A stretch of DNA of 64,000 nt from an uncultured Actinomycetes bacterium (GCA_963758695.1 CAVWWM010000009.1:263521-327520); one strand, 5' to 3'; shown: positions 9,506 to 20,118, numbered from the stretch's first letter. Notes: generated by a model not told the origin, from the letters alone. Program-made: numbers and translations.

Positions 9506-10681
9506 TCACCGGTATGGAGGGGCGTAGAGCAGCCCTCCATCGGTCCAAAGTGCGTTGAACTCCCGCTCCAGCCCGAGGGGGCTGTTCGGCCCCACGTTGC
9601 GATCATAGATCTCGGCATAGTTGCCTACCGCCTCGATCATCGTCGCCTGCCAGCCGGGCTCGATTCCCAGACCGGGGTCGAATACCGCCAGCTCACCGGT
9701 TTCCGGGTCCTCGATCTCGAGTCCGAGGAAGCGTCGGATATTGGGGTCTTCGGTGTCGTCGAAGGTGGCGACGTTGGTGGAGTCGATCCCGAACTCCTCG
9801 GCCTGAATGGTGGTGAGCACCACCCAATCGACCACCTGCGCCCACTGGCTGTCGCCGTCGCGCACCACCGGGCCCAGCGGCTCCTTGGAGAAGATCTCGT
9901 CGAATATGACCAGCGAATCCGGTCCGCCCTCTTCATCGGGGAAGGTCGAGCGAACGCCGGCGAGCTGGCTCCGGTCGGACGTCCAACCGTCGCATTGGCC
10001 GGCGATAAAGGCCGCCTGTATCTGCTCGTTTTCCTCGAAGGTGATCGGCTCGTACGGAATGTCGCCCATCCGGTCGGAGAGGTTCCCTTCGGTGGTGGTT
10101 CCCGACAGCGTGCAGATGGCGGTGTCCGTCATGTCATCGATGGATTCGAACCCGCTGTCGGCCCTCACCATCATCCCCTGACCGTCATAGAAGGTCGTGG
10201 TCAGGAATGTCGATGTGAGCTCACCGTCGCGCCCCGCGGTGCGGGTCGTGTTACGGATGAGCACGTCGACTTCGCCCGACTGGAGAGCGGTGAACCGCTG
10301 CTCGGTGGTCAGAGGCCGGTACTCCACCGCCTCGGGGTCGCCGAGGACCGCAGCGGCGACCGCCCGGCAGAAGTCAATGTCGAACCCGGCGAAGTTGCCA
10401 TCGGCGTCGACAAACCCGAATCCGGGCACGGCGTCGTTGACCCCGCAGATCAGGGTGCCCCGCTCCTGCACTGCGGCCAGCGTCTCGCCGGCCGGCGCAG
10501 CGGCGGCGGTCGTGCCTGTGTCACCGGCGACGGTCGTGCCGGTGCCTCCTGCGACGGTCGTACCGGTGCCACCTGCGGCCGTCGTGTCGGTGGCCCCACC
10601 CGTCGTATCAGGAGCAGCCGCAGTGCATGCCGCCATCACCACGGCGAAACAGACGAGAAGCAACATCCTTCGTTTCATCAT
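9506..10681 (-). CDS. amino acid ABC transporter substrate-binding lipoprotein (AapJ-like)
   Basis: Signal peptide with a lipobox Cys (VVMAAC), a T/G/A-rich linker, then a type-3 periplasmic binding domain. Confidence 0.85.
   Translation of the reverse strand: MMKRRMLLLVCFAVVMAACTAAAPDTTGGATDTTAAGGTGTTVAGGTGTTVAGDTGTTAAAAPAGETLAAVQERGTLICGVNDAVPGFGFVDADGNFAGFDIDFCRAVAAAVLGDPEAVEYRPLTTEQRFTALQSGEVDVLIRNTTRTAGRDGELTSTFLTTTFYDGQGMMVRADSGFESIDDMTDTAICTLSGTTTEGNLSDRMGDIPYEPITFEENEQIQAAFIAGQCDGWTSDRSQLAGVRSTFPDEEGGPDSLVIFDEIFSKEPLGPVVRDGDSQWAQVVDWVVLTTIQAEEFGIDSTNVATFDDTEDPNIRRFLGLEIEDPETGELAVFDPGLGIEPGWQATMIEAVGNYAEIYDRNVGPNSPLGLEREFNALWTDGGLLYAPPYR
10504..10599 (-). repeat. four tandem 24-nt coding repeats in the lipoprotein linker
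   Basis: Units lie at 10504-27, 10528-51, 10552-75 and 10576-99. They encode GGTGTTVA-type octapeptides. Confidence 0.8.
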
Positions 10682-10759
10682 TTGGCCCCTTCCTTGGGAG
10701 TCCTCGGCACTGTGAACATAACGGGCGCAGCGGGACGATGCCTTCGGTGAAGGCTCCGG

Positions 10760-11687
10760 TCAGCGGCCGTTGCGCAAAAGGCTGCGCACTTCGCGCACCG
10801 GATAGGACACGTTTCCGGCGAGTTCCACCGGCCCCACAGGGGCAGAACCGGTGTAGCCGGTGTAGGTGTATGTCCCCACCCAGCGGACCGATGTGTCGAT
10901 CTGGTAGACGCCCTTGGTCTCGTACAGATGAGTCGCCGCCGCCTCGGCCTCCGACCCCGCCCCTGGCGAGGTCGACTCGTAGACCGAGCCCTCGGTGGCC
11001 CAGCGGAACCAGGTAGCCCATGCCGAAGCCGATACCTGATATGAGACTCCGCTACCCGGGTCGGTCACCGGAAACCCGATGGTCAGCTCGGGGTCGGGAC
11101 CAAACGTTGAGTTCTGCTGGTACCAGATCCAGGTGTCCATCCCGGTTATCCCCCCGAATTCCGGCCCGGGGGCTGACACCGACCTCGGGATCCGGCAAAG
11201 CCTCGTAGAGAGCGGCCTCGACATCGGGCAACGGCGGGCCGTAGCAAACATGGGTGAACCACACCTCGAGGGCGGTGTCATAGACCGTCGGGTTGATCGG
11301 GCTGTTCTCCTCGAACTCGGGGTCACGCCCCGATCCGTCGCTGGTGAGCCGGTAGAAGCGGAGAACCCACCCGGTGGCATTGTCGATCCGCCATGCCTGG
11401 TAGTCGGTCTGGCCAGGATCGCAGTTGCCCGGCTGGAGGATCCACTCCCGGAACACCCACCGGTACGGAGGCGGCGGGGAACTGGTTGAGGGCTCGTTGT
11501 CCCTTGCGATGCGGGCGGCGATTCCGAGCCCCTGGCTGTTGAGCTCGCCTCGCACCTCGGGCGGTGGGACTGCGCCGAGGTCGGCGGAGGCAGGGGGAGC
11601 CAGCGCCATCCCCAGCGTCGCCATCAGCAGGACGACGGCGAGACGGCGACCAATCACCCTGCGTCTACCAGCTGTGCGATCCGCCAT
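10760..11687 (-). pseudogene. secreted hypothetical protein, frameshifted as assembled
   Basis: ORF 11052..11687 carries a signal peptide and runs to ...EALPDPEVGVS. It continues in the frame of ORF 10760..11380 (APGPEFGGITGMDTWIWYQQ...). The junction lies at homopolymers 11150-11155 (C6) and 11168-11172 (G5). The length is not a multiple of 3. Confidence 0.6.
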
Positions 11688-12320
11688 CGCCCGTCCTCAC
11701 CTCTGCGCAACAGCACTGACAGATTCGACCTCACCGGGGGCTCGCGGCGCACCACGGCGCCGGTGGCATCGAGCACCTGATCCGCCGGCGACCTGGTCTC
11801 AACCGCCACGACCACCTCGGTCGGTGAGATCTCCTCCACCACCAGGAAGTCGGTCGTAACCGTAGGGGAATCGCCCGAATACCTCCACCCGTTCTCCTCC
11901 AACTCGGCCAGAACGTCGTCGTAGCCGCGGTAACAGGGGCACTCCGGATCGACCACCAATGGCAGTGACGACCGGTCAGGGGACACACTCAGCTGTGCGA
12001 GGAAATCGAGGATCCCATTCCAGGCAAGCTCGGGGTCGTCTTGTTTGTTACGAGGCTTTCCCGGTCCGGCCTCAGCCACGGTTGTCGACGGGGCCATCGT
12101 CGTGGTCGAAGCCGCAATCGTGGACGTCACCGGCACGGTGGTCGAGAGGGCCAAGGACGTCCCCGGAATCGTGCTGGCGGTAATGACAGAAGCGACCGTC
12201 GTGTCGGCACTGGTCGAAACCACCGTTGTGCCTTCCGATGTTGACGCGGCAAGCTGCGAGCAGCGCGCCCAAGGCGACGGCCAACAGAGTGCGCCAGGCT
12301 GCGGCGCGATCGTCCGTCAT
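11654..12320 (-). pseudogene. hypothetical lipoprotein, frameshifted as assembled
   Basis: ATG 12320 gives MTDDRAAAWRTLLAVALGALLAAC (a lipobox). The S/T-rich mature protein is in the frame of ORF 11654..12223. The junction is at about 12225-12250. Confidence 0.55.
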
Positions 12321-12330
12321 ACGGTCGTTG

Positions 12331-14214
12331 TCAGAGGTTCCGGGTCAACTCGAGGATCCGCGTGCTGATCCCCTCGACATCGAGCCCGGCGGTGCGGAGG
12401 ACCTCGTCGGCGGAGCCGGCGGGGAGAAAGCCGTCACCGATCCCCAGCATCCGCACCTTCCCCGCCATGCCGGGAGTGGACAGCGCCTCGAGCACCGCGG
12501 CTCCGAACCCGCCGCTGACGACATTGTCTTCGATGGTGAGCACCAATTCGTGGTCGCCCGCCCAATCGATCAGCCGCGCGTCGAGCGGCTTGACCCAGCG
12601 GGCGTTGACGACCCGGCACGAGATCCCGTTGCCCTCCAGTCCTATGGCCGCCTTGAGCGCGGGTTCCACCATCCGACCAACCGCAAGGACCAACACGTCG
12701 GTCCCGGGACGGACCTCGTCCCAGCGGCCCACCGGAAGCGCCGGGGCGGGAAGGCTGGGGAGGGCCGACCCGGCCGCCTTGGGGAAGCGGATGGCGATCG
12801 GGCCGGGATGGTCGATCGCCGTCTCGATCATCGAGCACAACTCGTCCGCGTCGGCAGGGGCGCCCACCACCATGTTGGGGACCATCCGAAGGAAGGTGAG
12901 ATCGAAGACGCCGTGGTGCGACGGACCATCGGGCCCGGTCACACCCGACCGGTCCACCAGGAAGGTGACCGGCAGGTCGTGGAGCGCCACGTCGCTGATT
13001 ATCTGATCGAGGGCCCGCTGGAGGAACGTCGAGTAGATCGCCACCACCGGGCGAAGCCCCCCCATGGCAAGACCGGCGGCGAGTGTGACCGAGTGCTGCT
13101 CGCAGATGCCGGTGTCGATCACCCGCTCGGGCATCTCGGTCTCCATGTCGTGGAGTCCGGTGCTCGACACCATCGCCGCCGAGATCGCCACGACATCGGG
13201 CCGCCGCCTCGCCGCATCGAGCAGCGCGGCCCCGGCCACATCGGTCAGCTTGCGCTCTTCCTTGAGCGGCCTGCCGGTGCCCACGTCGAAGGCACCAACG
13301 GAATGGAGGCGGTCGACCTCGTCGGCGATCGCAGGCGGGTAGCCGCGGCCTTTCTCGGTCTGCACCCTGATCACGACCGGTTCGTCGAGCCCCTTGGCCC
13401 TGACCAGCGTCTCCTCGAGCCGCTCGAGGTCGTGGCCGTCGACCGTGCCGGCGTACTTGATACCCATGGCATCGAAGACGGTGCTCGGTTCGACCAGTTG
13501 CTTGAGGCTCTCCTTGAGACGCCTCGCCAGCTCGTCGGCGGTGTCGCCCACAAGCGGCATGCTCCGCAGCACACGGCCGATGGTCCGCTTGACCCACTCG
13601 TAGCGCCGGTCGAGCCGGACGCCAGACAACGTTGCAGCCACCCCGCCCACCGTGGCCTGATATGACATCCCGTTGTCATTGAGCAGTATCACAAACCGAC
13701 GGGGTCTCCGAACCGCGATGTGGCTCAGGGCCTCGTATGCCATGCCACCGGTCAGCGCGCCGTCCCCGATCACCGCCACCGTCCACCGCTCCTCTCCCCG
13801 ATCCTCGGCGGCAATCGCCAGCCCGAGCGCATAGCTCAAGGCGGTGGAGGCGTGGCTGTTCTCGACATGATCGTGGGGGCTCTCGGCGCGCGACGGGTAC
13901 CCGGAGACACCACCGAAGGTGCGCAGCGAGTCGAAGGTGTCGCGACGCCCGGTAATGAGCTTGTGGACATACGCCTGGTGACCGACGTCCCAGATGATCC
14001 GATCGTTGGGGCTGTCGAATACACGATGCAAAGCCAGCGTCAACTCGACGACCCCCAAATTGGGCGAGAGATGACCACCGGTGCGTGCCAGCGTCTCGAT
14101 CAGCCGAACGCGGATCTCAGCGGCGAGGTCGACGAGTTGTTCCGAGGTCAGATCGCGCAGATCGGACGGGTTATCTACTCGGTCGAGGAGTGGCGTCATG
14201 GCTCGGGGTCCCAT
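12331..14214 (-). CDS. dxs: 1-deoxy-D-xylulose-5-phosphate synthase
   Basis: 627-aa ORF with GHLSPNLGVVELT, GDGALTGGMAYEA (TPP motif) and a transketolase-like C-terminal half. Confidence 0.97.
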   Translation of the reverse strand: MGPRAMTPLLDRVDNPSDLRDLTSEQLVDLAAEIRVRLIETLARTGGHLSPNLGVVELTLALHRVFDSPNDRIIWDVGHQAYVHKLITGRRDTFDSLRTFGGVSGYPSRAESPHDHVENSHASTALSYALGLAIAAEDRGEERWTVAVIGDGALTGGMAYEALSHIAVRRPRRFVILLNDNGMSYQATVGGVAATLSGVRLDRRYEWVKRTIGRVLRSMPLVGDTADELARRLKESLKQLVEPSTVFDAMGIKYAGTVDGHDLERLEETLVRAKGLDEPVVIRVQTEKGRGYPPAIADEVDRLHSVGAFDVGTGRPLKEERKLTDVAGAALLDAARRRPDVVAISAAMVSSTGLHDMETEMPERVIDTGICEQHSVTLAAGLAMGGLRPVVAIYSTFLQRALDQIISDVALHDLPVTFLVDRSGVTGPDGPSHHGVFDLTFLRMVPNMVVGAPADADELCSMIETAIDHPGPIAIRFPKAAGSALPSLPAPALPVGRWDEVRPGTDVLVLAVGRMVEPALKAAIGLEGNGISCRVVNARWVKPLDARLIDWAGDHELVLTIEDNVVSGGFGAAVLEALSTPGMAGKVRMLGIGDGFLPAGSADEVLRTAGLDVEGISTRILELTRNL

Positions 14215-14240
14215 GTTGGCACGGCAAGAGAGGCTACTTG

Positions 14241-14282
14241 TCCGCCGTCCGCCGTCTGCCGTCTGCCGTCTGCCGTCTCGCT
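14241..14282 (-). repeat. heptanucleotide tandem repeat, about 6 units (locus B)
   Basis: tccgccg x2, tctgccg x3 and tctcgct end 1 nt from the TAG stop (14284-14286) of the second ABC ATPase gene. Confidence 0.85.
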
Positions 14283-14283
14283 G

Positions 14284-15048
14284 CTAGAGAATCTTGGCGA
14301 AGAAGTTCTTGGTCCGTTCGTGTTGAGGGTTGGCGAACACCTCATCGGCGGGACCCTCCTCCACCACCTTGCCCTCATCCATGAAGACGAGGTGCGACCC
14401 GACCTGCCTGGCGAACCCCATCTCGTGGGTAACCACCACCATCGTCATCCCGGTGTTTGCCAGATCACGCATGACGTCGAGCACTTCCTTGATCATCTCC
14501 GGGTCGAGCGCCGACGTAGCCTCGTCGAAAAGCATCACTTTCGGGGTCATGGCCAGCGCCCGGGCGATGGCGACCCTCTGCTGCTGACCTCCGGACAGAT
14601 GCGACGGCTTCTTCCCAGCCTGCTCCGGGATGCCGACCCTCTCCAAGATCGACCTGGCCCGTTCCTCGGCCTCCTGGCGCTGTCGCTTGAGCACCTTCCG
14701 CTGGGCCACGGTGATGTTGTCCAGAACCGAAAGATGCGGGAATAGGTTGAACTGCTGGAAGACCATCCCCACCTCGGCCCTGACCTGGTTGATGTCGGTG
14801 CCCGACGCCTCGAGATGAACGCCGTCGATGTAGACCTCACCGCTGGTGGGCACCTCGAGATGGTTCATGCACCGCAGAACGGTCGACTTCCCCGAGCCCG
14901 ACGGCCCGACGATGACCATCACTTCCCCCGGTCGCACCGTGAGGTTCACCCCGGCAACGGCATGGACCTCGCCAAACCACTTGTGAAGGTCGCGCACCAC
15001 CACCCGCTCGGTTGGGACGGCTTCAGACACGTTGGAGCCGCCGGCCAT
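14284..15048 (-). CDS. polar amino acid ABC transporter ATP-binding protein
   Basis: [24 protein letters not shown] and MLFDEATSALD. It is a paralog of 6282..7046. Confidence 0.93.
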   Translation of the reverse strand: MAGGSNVSEAVPTERVVVRDLHKWFGEVHAVAGVNLTVRPGEVMVIVGPSGSGKSTVLRCMNHLEVPTSGEVYIDGVHLEASGTDINQVRAEVGMVFQQFNLFPHLSVLDNITVAQRKVLKRQRQEAEERARSILERVGIPEQAGKKPSHLSGGQQQRVAIARALAMTPKVMLFDEATSALDPEMIKEVLDVMRDLANTGMTMVVVTHEMGFARQVGSHLVFMDEGKVVEEGPADEVFANPQHERTKNFFAKIL

Positions 15049-15841
15049 ACCACTGCACCACGAGGGAAAGTATGAGCGTGAACAAGAGGTAGAGAAATGT
15101 CATGGCAAGGAACGTCTCCCGGAACTCGAAAGACGAGTTGGCATAGAGCCTCCCCATCTGGGTGATCTCGCGAACCCCGAGCACTGACAGCAGCGACGAG
15201 TCCTTGAGCATGGCAATGAAGTCGTTTCCCAACGCGGGCAGCACGTTGCGCACCGCCTGCGGCAGGACGATGACCCGCATCGCGGTCCGGTGCTTCATCC
15301 CCAACGAACGGGCCGCCTCCATCTGTCCGACCGGCACCGACTCGACACCTGCCCGGAACACCTCGGCTATGTAGGCGCCGTAGATGATGGTCAATGCAAG
15401 GATCGCCCTCCATTCCTGAGAGATCCGGTTGGCCAACCCGAGGGCGTCGCTCACCTCGGGAACGATCCATAGCGCCACCACAAAGATGAGCACCAATATC
15501 GGGACCCCTCGAACGAACTCGACATAGAGCGTCGCCAGGTTGCGGATGACCACGTTGCGCGAGATCCGCCCCAACCCGGTGAAGAGTCCCACCACAAGTG
15601 CCAGGGCGAAAGCGAGGATCGTCGACCGAAGGGTGACCGGTATCCCCTGTATCACCGCGTCCTTGGCACCGGCATACCTGGGGTCGAAGAAGACCAGGTA
15701 GCCAAGGAAGATGAGTATGCCCACCAGGGCGAAGAACCACCAAGGGGCGTCGACGAGCCGCCGGCTGAGCCCGGGAACGTCGATGGCGGCGTGCTCCAAC
15801 TCAGGGTTGCGCTCAGACTCGGAAACCCGTCTGATGGACAC
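15023..15841 (-). CDS. polar amino acid ABC transporter permease
   Basis: 272 aa, HisM/GlnP-type: RGVPILVLIF and EAARSLGMKHRTAMRVIVLPQA. Confidence 0.9.
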   Translation of the reverse strand: MSIRRVSESERNPELEHAAIDVPGLSRRLVDAPWWFFALVGILIFLGYLVFFDPRYAGAKDAVIQGIPVTLRSTILAFALALVVGLFTGLGRISRNVVIRNLATLYVEFVRGVPILVLIFVVALWIVPEVSDALGLANRISQEWRAILALTIIYGAYIAEVFRAGVESVPVGQMEAARSLGMKHRTAMRVIVLPQAVRNVLPALGNDFIAMLKDSSLLSVLGVREITQMGRLYANSSFEFRETFLAMTFLYLLFTLILSLVVQWYGRRLQRV

Positions 15842-15851
15842 GATCAGCTCC

Positions 15852-15877
15852 GGGGCGCCAGGCTGGCCCGGCGCCCC
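15852..15877 (-). other. intercistronic GC hairpin between the binding-protein and permease genes
   Basis: GGGGCGCC (15852-59) pairs perfectly (8 bp) with GGCGCCCC (15870-77). Confidence 0.5.
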
Positions 15878-15896
15878 TTGCTGTTTCCGGGTGTGT

Positions 15897-16832
15897 TCAG
15901 CCGGTGAACCAGGTGGCGTTTATCTCCTCGAGAGTCCCGTCTTGACGCATCGACTCCAGTGCGGCGTTGACCGGATCGACCAGTTCGCTCCCCTTGGGGA
16001 AGATGAAACCGAGCTCGTCGGACACGAGCGATCCCTGCACCAGTTTGATCTTGTTGGCGTTCTGACCGATGTAGCCCTGGCCAGCGGTGTCGTCGATGAT
16101 CACCGCATCGACATCACCGCCGATCAGTGCTTGGACGGCGAACCCGAACTGCTCGAAGGCCTGGACACGCTCCTGGCCGTACTCGGCGGTCGCCGTCTCC
16201 AGGTTGGTTGTCCCGGTCTGCGTGGCGACGATGTAGTCACCCGCCTTGAACTCCTCGAGCGTGGTGAAGCGGTCCTCATCGATGCGCACCATGAGGCGCT
16301 GCTCGACCGAAATGTAACCATCGGAGAAGTCGACCTGCTTCTTGCGGTCTTCGGTGATGGTGATCCCATCGGCAGCGACGTCGTACTGACCCTGTCCGAC
16401 GGCGATGATCATCCCGTCCCAGGCCGTCTCCACGAACTCTGGTGTGCAGTTGAGCCTCGAGCAGATCTCGTTCCAGGCGTCGTAGTCCCACCCCACCGGC
16501 TCACCGCTGTCCTCGTCGATGTAGTTGAACGGCGGGTAGGCATTCTCCACCGCCACGGTCACAGCCTGGCCGCCAAGATCGGGCAGTGCTGCAGCCGACG
16601 CCGTGGTGTCGGTTGCTGCCTCGGTGGTCTCGGTCGCCATCGTCGTTTCCGCAGCCATGGTCGTGTCGGCCGCAGCCGTCGTATCGGCGGCCACCGTGGT
16701 CTCGGCGCCACCTGCGGCAGTGGTCTCGGCGCCGCCACCCGCAACGGTTGTAGCGGACGTACCGCCACCGCATGCCGCCAGCAACAACACCACCACCAGA
16801 AGGGCAGAAGTCGCCCATCGCTTCCTGATCAT
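15897..16832 (-). CDS. polar amino acid ABC transporter substrate-binding lipoprotein
   Basis: Lipobox LLLAAC, a T/A/E-rich repetitive linker, and a type-3 periplasmic binding domain (PPFNYIDE...GWDYD). Confidence 0.88.
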   Translation of the reverse strand: MIRKRWATSALLVVVLLLAACGGGTSATTVAGGGAETTAAGGAETTVAADTTAAADTTMAAETTMATETTEAATDTTASAAALPDLGGQAVTVAVENAYPPFNYIDEDSGEPVGWDYDAWNEICSRLNCTPEFVETAWDGMIIAVGQGQYDVAADGITITEDRKKQVDFSDGYISVEQRLMVRIDEDRFTTLEEFKAGDYIVATQTGTTNLETATAEYGQERVQAFEQFGFAVQALIGGDVDAVIIDDTAGQGYIGQNANKIKLVQGSLVSDELGFIFPKGSELVDPVNAALESMRQDGTLEEINATWFTG

Positions 16833-16969
16833 TTGCTTCCTCCGTTTTGGCCCCTTAGGGGGACCGGCATGGTACCGAGCGTCAAATGATCGGCCGCCGC
16901 CCAGCGGGCTCTTTTCTCCCGGCGAAGGGAGTACCTGCCCGGCTCTTCTCCGTCCCCTCGGCTGCCCCT

Positions 16970-18736
16970 TTACCCGCTGCTCCGCAGCGGGTCCCTTCCC
17001 CCCTGCGGGGGGACGGAGGAAGAGGAACCTCCAGGTAGGGACAAACGGAACACGCTGCCGCTGCCTAGTTCGCTCTCGGCTTCGATGCGGCCGCCGTGGC
17101 GGTGGGCGACGTGGCGGACGATGGCGAGGCCGAGACCGGTTCCACCGGTGTTGCGGGAGCGAGAGGCATCTACCCGGTAGAACCGCTCGAAGATCCTGGG
17201 CAGATCGCGGGTCGGTATGCCGATGCCGGTGTCCTCGACCACGAGCACCGCGCCTCCTTCGACGTTGTCGAGACGGACCGTGACCTTGCCGCCCCGATCG
17301 GTGTAGCCGATGGCGTTTTCCACCAGGTTCCTCACCGCCAGCACGAGGTCGCTCTGCTGACCCGACACCTCCACCGGGTGGAGGCTGCTCTCGAGCGTCA
17401 CCCCGCGCTCCCCCGCCAACGGCGCGGCTCGGTCGAGTACCTCGGCAACCAGACCGGCAAGCTCGACCTTTTCTGGACTGATCTGCTCCGTCTCGAGCCG
17501 AGAGAGATCGAGAAGGTCACCGACGATCCGGCCGAGTCGGACCGCCGACTGCTCCGCACCAGCGGCGAGACGCTTGGCAGTCGCCGGGTCGCGGTCTATC
17601 GCCGTCTGGACGGTCTCCATTGCCGCCTGGATCGCTGCCACCGGGGTCTTCAACTCGTGCGATGCGTCGGCGACGAAGGAGTAGCGCATCGACTCGATTC
17701 GGCGCTGCTCGGTCACGTTCCGGATGGCGAGAACCACATCGCCATGCACATCCAACGGTACGGCGCTCACCTCGAAGACCTGCTCGGGGCGACCGTGCCG
17801 GATCTCGTCGGTCGCAGTCTCGCCCGATTCCCGTGCCGTGCGCACCAGCCCCTGTAGCGGGTGGGGGACCAACCGAGAGAGCGTCTCGGGAGTTGGGCCG
17901 ATCAGGTCCGCTGCCGCCTTGTTGGCGTAGGCAACCGCGTCGTCCGGTTCGATGAGAACAACGCCGCTGTCCAGGGTGGCCAGCACCAGGTCCCGCCGCG
18001 CCCGCTCGTGGTCGGCCTCCTCCAACCGAGCCCCGAGTTGCTCCGCCATGTGGTTGAAGGCGGAACCCAACCGCCCCACCTCGACCACCCGGCTCGGCGG
18101 CACTCGCGTTGCGAGGTCGCCCTCGGCGATTCGGTCGACCGATACGGTGAGCTTCTCGATGGGTGCGGCGAGGCGACGCGCAACCAGCCACACCACCAAG
18201 AGCCCGACGGCGGCCACCGCCAGACCCACCAGGAACATCGCCAGCCGGGAGCGATCGAGCCGCTCCTGCACCTCCACGAGCGGGAGGGCGACCCTCACGA
18301 TGAGGCCGTCGCGTGGCGGTATGGCGGTGTACAGGTATGCCTGCCCGGTCGTTTCGCTCTCCCGTTCCGCCGACCCGACTTCGCCCTGCATCGCCTCGCG
18401 CACCTCTTCGCGCGTGCTGTGATCCTCCAACGCGGCGGCATCTGCGTCCGAGTCGGCGAGGACGACGCCCTCGATATCGATGAAGGTGACCCTCATGCCG
18501 GTTTCCTCGCCCAGACGGCTCGCCATGCTGTGCAATCCGTCGGGCTCGGCAAGTGCGACGATGGTCGTCGCCTGCCTCTCCAGCGACTCGGTGAGCAACT
18601 GGCGGACCTGGTCGGCAAGCAAGCGGTCCACCCCCACACCCACACCCATCAGGACGATGAGAACGGTGAGGGCGTACCAGGTGACTAGACGTCGGCCCAG
18701 CGTCGAGGGTCGGCGCGCCCCGACGGCTTCAGGCAT
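16970..18736 (-). CDS. sensor histidine kinase (HAMP-PAS-HisKA-HATPase; SenX3/PhoR-like)
   Basis: [13 protein letters not shown] (H box), N box [10 protein letters not shown], and G boxes DTGIGI and [10 protein letters not shown]. It follows the response regulator with an 8-nt overlap. The last 17 codons lie in the 47-nt repeat. Confidence 0.9.
   Translation of the reverse strand: MPEAVGARRPSTLGRRLVTWYALTVLIVLMGVGVGVDRLLADQVRQLLTESLERQATTIVALAEPDGLHSMASRLGEETGMRVTFIDIEGVVLADSDADAAALEDHSTREEVREAMQGEVGSAERESETTGQAYLYTAIPPRDGLIVRVALPLVEVQERLDRSRLAMFLVGLAVAAVGLLVVWLVARRLAAPIEKLTVSVDRIAEGDLATRVPPSRVVEVGRLGSAFNHMAEQLGARLEEADHERARRDLVLATLDSGVVLIEPDDAVAYANKAAADLIGPTPETLSRLVPHPLQGLVRTARESGETATDEIRHGRPEQVFEVSAVPLDVHGDVVLAIRNVTEQRRIESMRYSFVADASHELKTPVAAIQAAMETVQTAIDRDPATAKRLAAGAEQSAVRLGRIVGDLLDLSRLETEQISPEKVELAGLVAEVLDRAAPLAGERGVTLESSLHPVEVSGQQSDLVLAVRNLVENAIGYTDRGGKVTVRLDNVEGGAVLVVEDTGIGIPTRDLPRIFERFYRVDASRSRNTGGTGLGLAIVRHVAHRHGGRIEAESELGSGSVFRLSLPGGSSSSVPPQGGRDPLRSSG
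16971..17017 (-). repeat. 47-nt double-hairpin repeat, copy 1
   Basis: Stems CCCGCTGC/GCAGCGGG (16973-80/16984-91) and CCCCCC/GGGGGG (16998-17003/17007-12). It is the reverse complement of 55174-55220 with 46/47 identity. Confidence 0.9.
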
Positions 18737-19439
18737 CGATCAGCTTGTACCCCAGACCGCGGACGGTGGTGATCAACGCCGGTCGGTGTGGATCGGATTC
18801 GAGCTTCTGACGGAGGCGTTTGATATGGACGTCCAGGGTCTTGGTGTCACCGAAGTAGTGCGGGCCCCACACTTCTTCAATGAGTATCTCGCGGGTGGCA
18901 AGCTTGTCCTTGCGGCGTATCAGCGCCTCGAGCAGCTCGAACTCCTTGGGCCGCAGCGGGACAAGGCTACCGGCAACCCGGACCTCGTGGCGGTCGATGT
19001 CCATCTCGACCATGGCGGCACGAAGGACCTCTCCTCCGTTGACTGCCCTGATGTCTGCCATGTCGTAGCGGCGCAGCGCCGCCCGCACCCGCGACACCAA
19101 CTCTCGCAACGAGAAGGGTTTGGTCACGTAGTCGTCCGCTCCAAGCTCGAGTCCGGCGACCTTGTCTGCCTCGCTGTCCTTGGCGGTGAGCACGATGATC
19201 GGCACGTCGGAGATCGCCCTGATATGGCGACAGACATCCAGACCTGAGATCTCGGGGAGCATGAGGTCGAGCAACACCAGGTTCATCTGTCCCTTGCGGG
19301 CCTCTTCCAGCCCGGCCCGCCCGTTCTCGGCAATGACGACCTCGAACCCCTCCATCTCTAGGACATAACGGACCGAGTCGGCCAGTGCCGGTTCGTCCTC
19401 GACGATCAAGATCCTCGGTGGGCGATCAGTCGTGACCAT
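18729..19439 (-). CDS. OmpR-family response regulator (RegX3/PhoP-like)
   Basis: Receiver domain ILIVEDE...LLDLMLP...KPF plus a winged-helix C-terminus (TLDVHIKRLRQKLE...I.TVRGLGYKL). Confidence 0.93.
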   Translation of the reverse strand: MVTTDRPPRILIVEDEPALADSVRYVLEMEGFEVVIAENGRAGLEEARKGQMNLVLLDLMLPEISGLDVCRHIRAISDVPIIVLTAKDSEADKVAGLELGADDYVTKPFSLRELVSRVRAALRRYDMADIRAVNGGEVLRAAMVEMDIDRHEVRVAGSLVPLRPKEFELLEALIRRKDKLATREILIEEVWGPHYFGDTKTLDVHIKRLRQKLESDPHRPALITTVRGLGYKLIDA

Positions 19440-20118
19440 TCCTGTTTGAGATGCCTTCCTCGATGAATTCCTGAAGCTGCCCTGTGGTCACGAATGCGAC
19501 CTGCTCGCCGATGTCCACAGCTTGGTCGCCGATCCTTTCGAGCGCACGCGACACCATCATCATCCGCGTCGCCCACTCGAGCATTGCCGGATCTGACCCC
19601 GTGTCGACCACCTCCCGGTACATGTTGCGATTGAGCCTGTCGATTGGCTCGTCCATGGACGGAAGCAACCGAGCCTCGTCGGGATCGCGCCGCACGAACG
19701 CCTGCAGAGCGGTACGGATCATGGGGAGAACCTGGTCGCCCATCTCCCTGATCTGGCCGACTATCCGGTCGCTGCGTGGCAGCCCCGCCGTGGCCTTGGT
19801 GATTGTGGCGATGTTGACCGCCTGGTCACCCATTCGCTCCAGCGTTATCAGCATATGGAGGAGCGAGGAGAGCATCCGCAGGTCCGCACCCATCGGGCTC
19901 TGACGAGCGACTATCTCGATCCATTGACGATGGGCCTCGAGGTAGATCCGGTCAATCTCGTCGTCCATCGCCACCACGAGATTGGCTGCAGCGATGTCGT
20001 CGGCGACGAAGGCGTCGACCGCGGCTGCGACCGCCCTCTCCGCCCTGTCGCCGACGTCGAGCACCAGCTCCTCCAGGGCGGCCAGGTCTTCGTGGAACCG
20101 GGCCCTGGTGTCAGCCAT
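19426..20118 (-). CDS. phoU: phosphate signalling complex protein PhoU
   Basis: Two PhoU repeats (DDEIDRIY..., ERMGDQAVNIA and ERIGDQAVDIGE). ATG 20118 is in an ATGA overlap with the pstB stop. The 441-aa ORF extension is rejected. Confidence 0.93.
   Translation of the reverse strand: MADTRARFHEDLAALEELVLDVGDRAERAVAAAVDAFVADDIAAANLVVAMDDEIDRIYLEAHRQWIEIVARQSPMGADLRMLSSLLHMLITLERMGDQAVNIATITKATAGLPRSDRIVGQIREMGDQVLPMIRTALQAFVRRDPDEARLLPSMDEPIDRLNRNMYREVVDTGSDPAMLEWATRMMMVSRALERIGDQAVDIGEQVAFVTTGQLQEFIEEGISNRNGHD

Noticed and set aside
14241-14282. Heptamer tracts as possible CRISPR arrays
   Set aside because: The units are 7 nt, directly tandem with no spacers, and only 4-10 copies long. No cas genes occur in the window.
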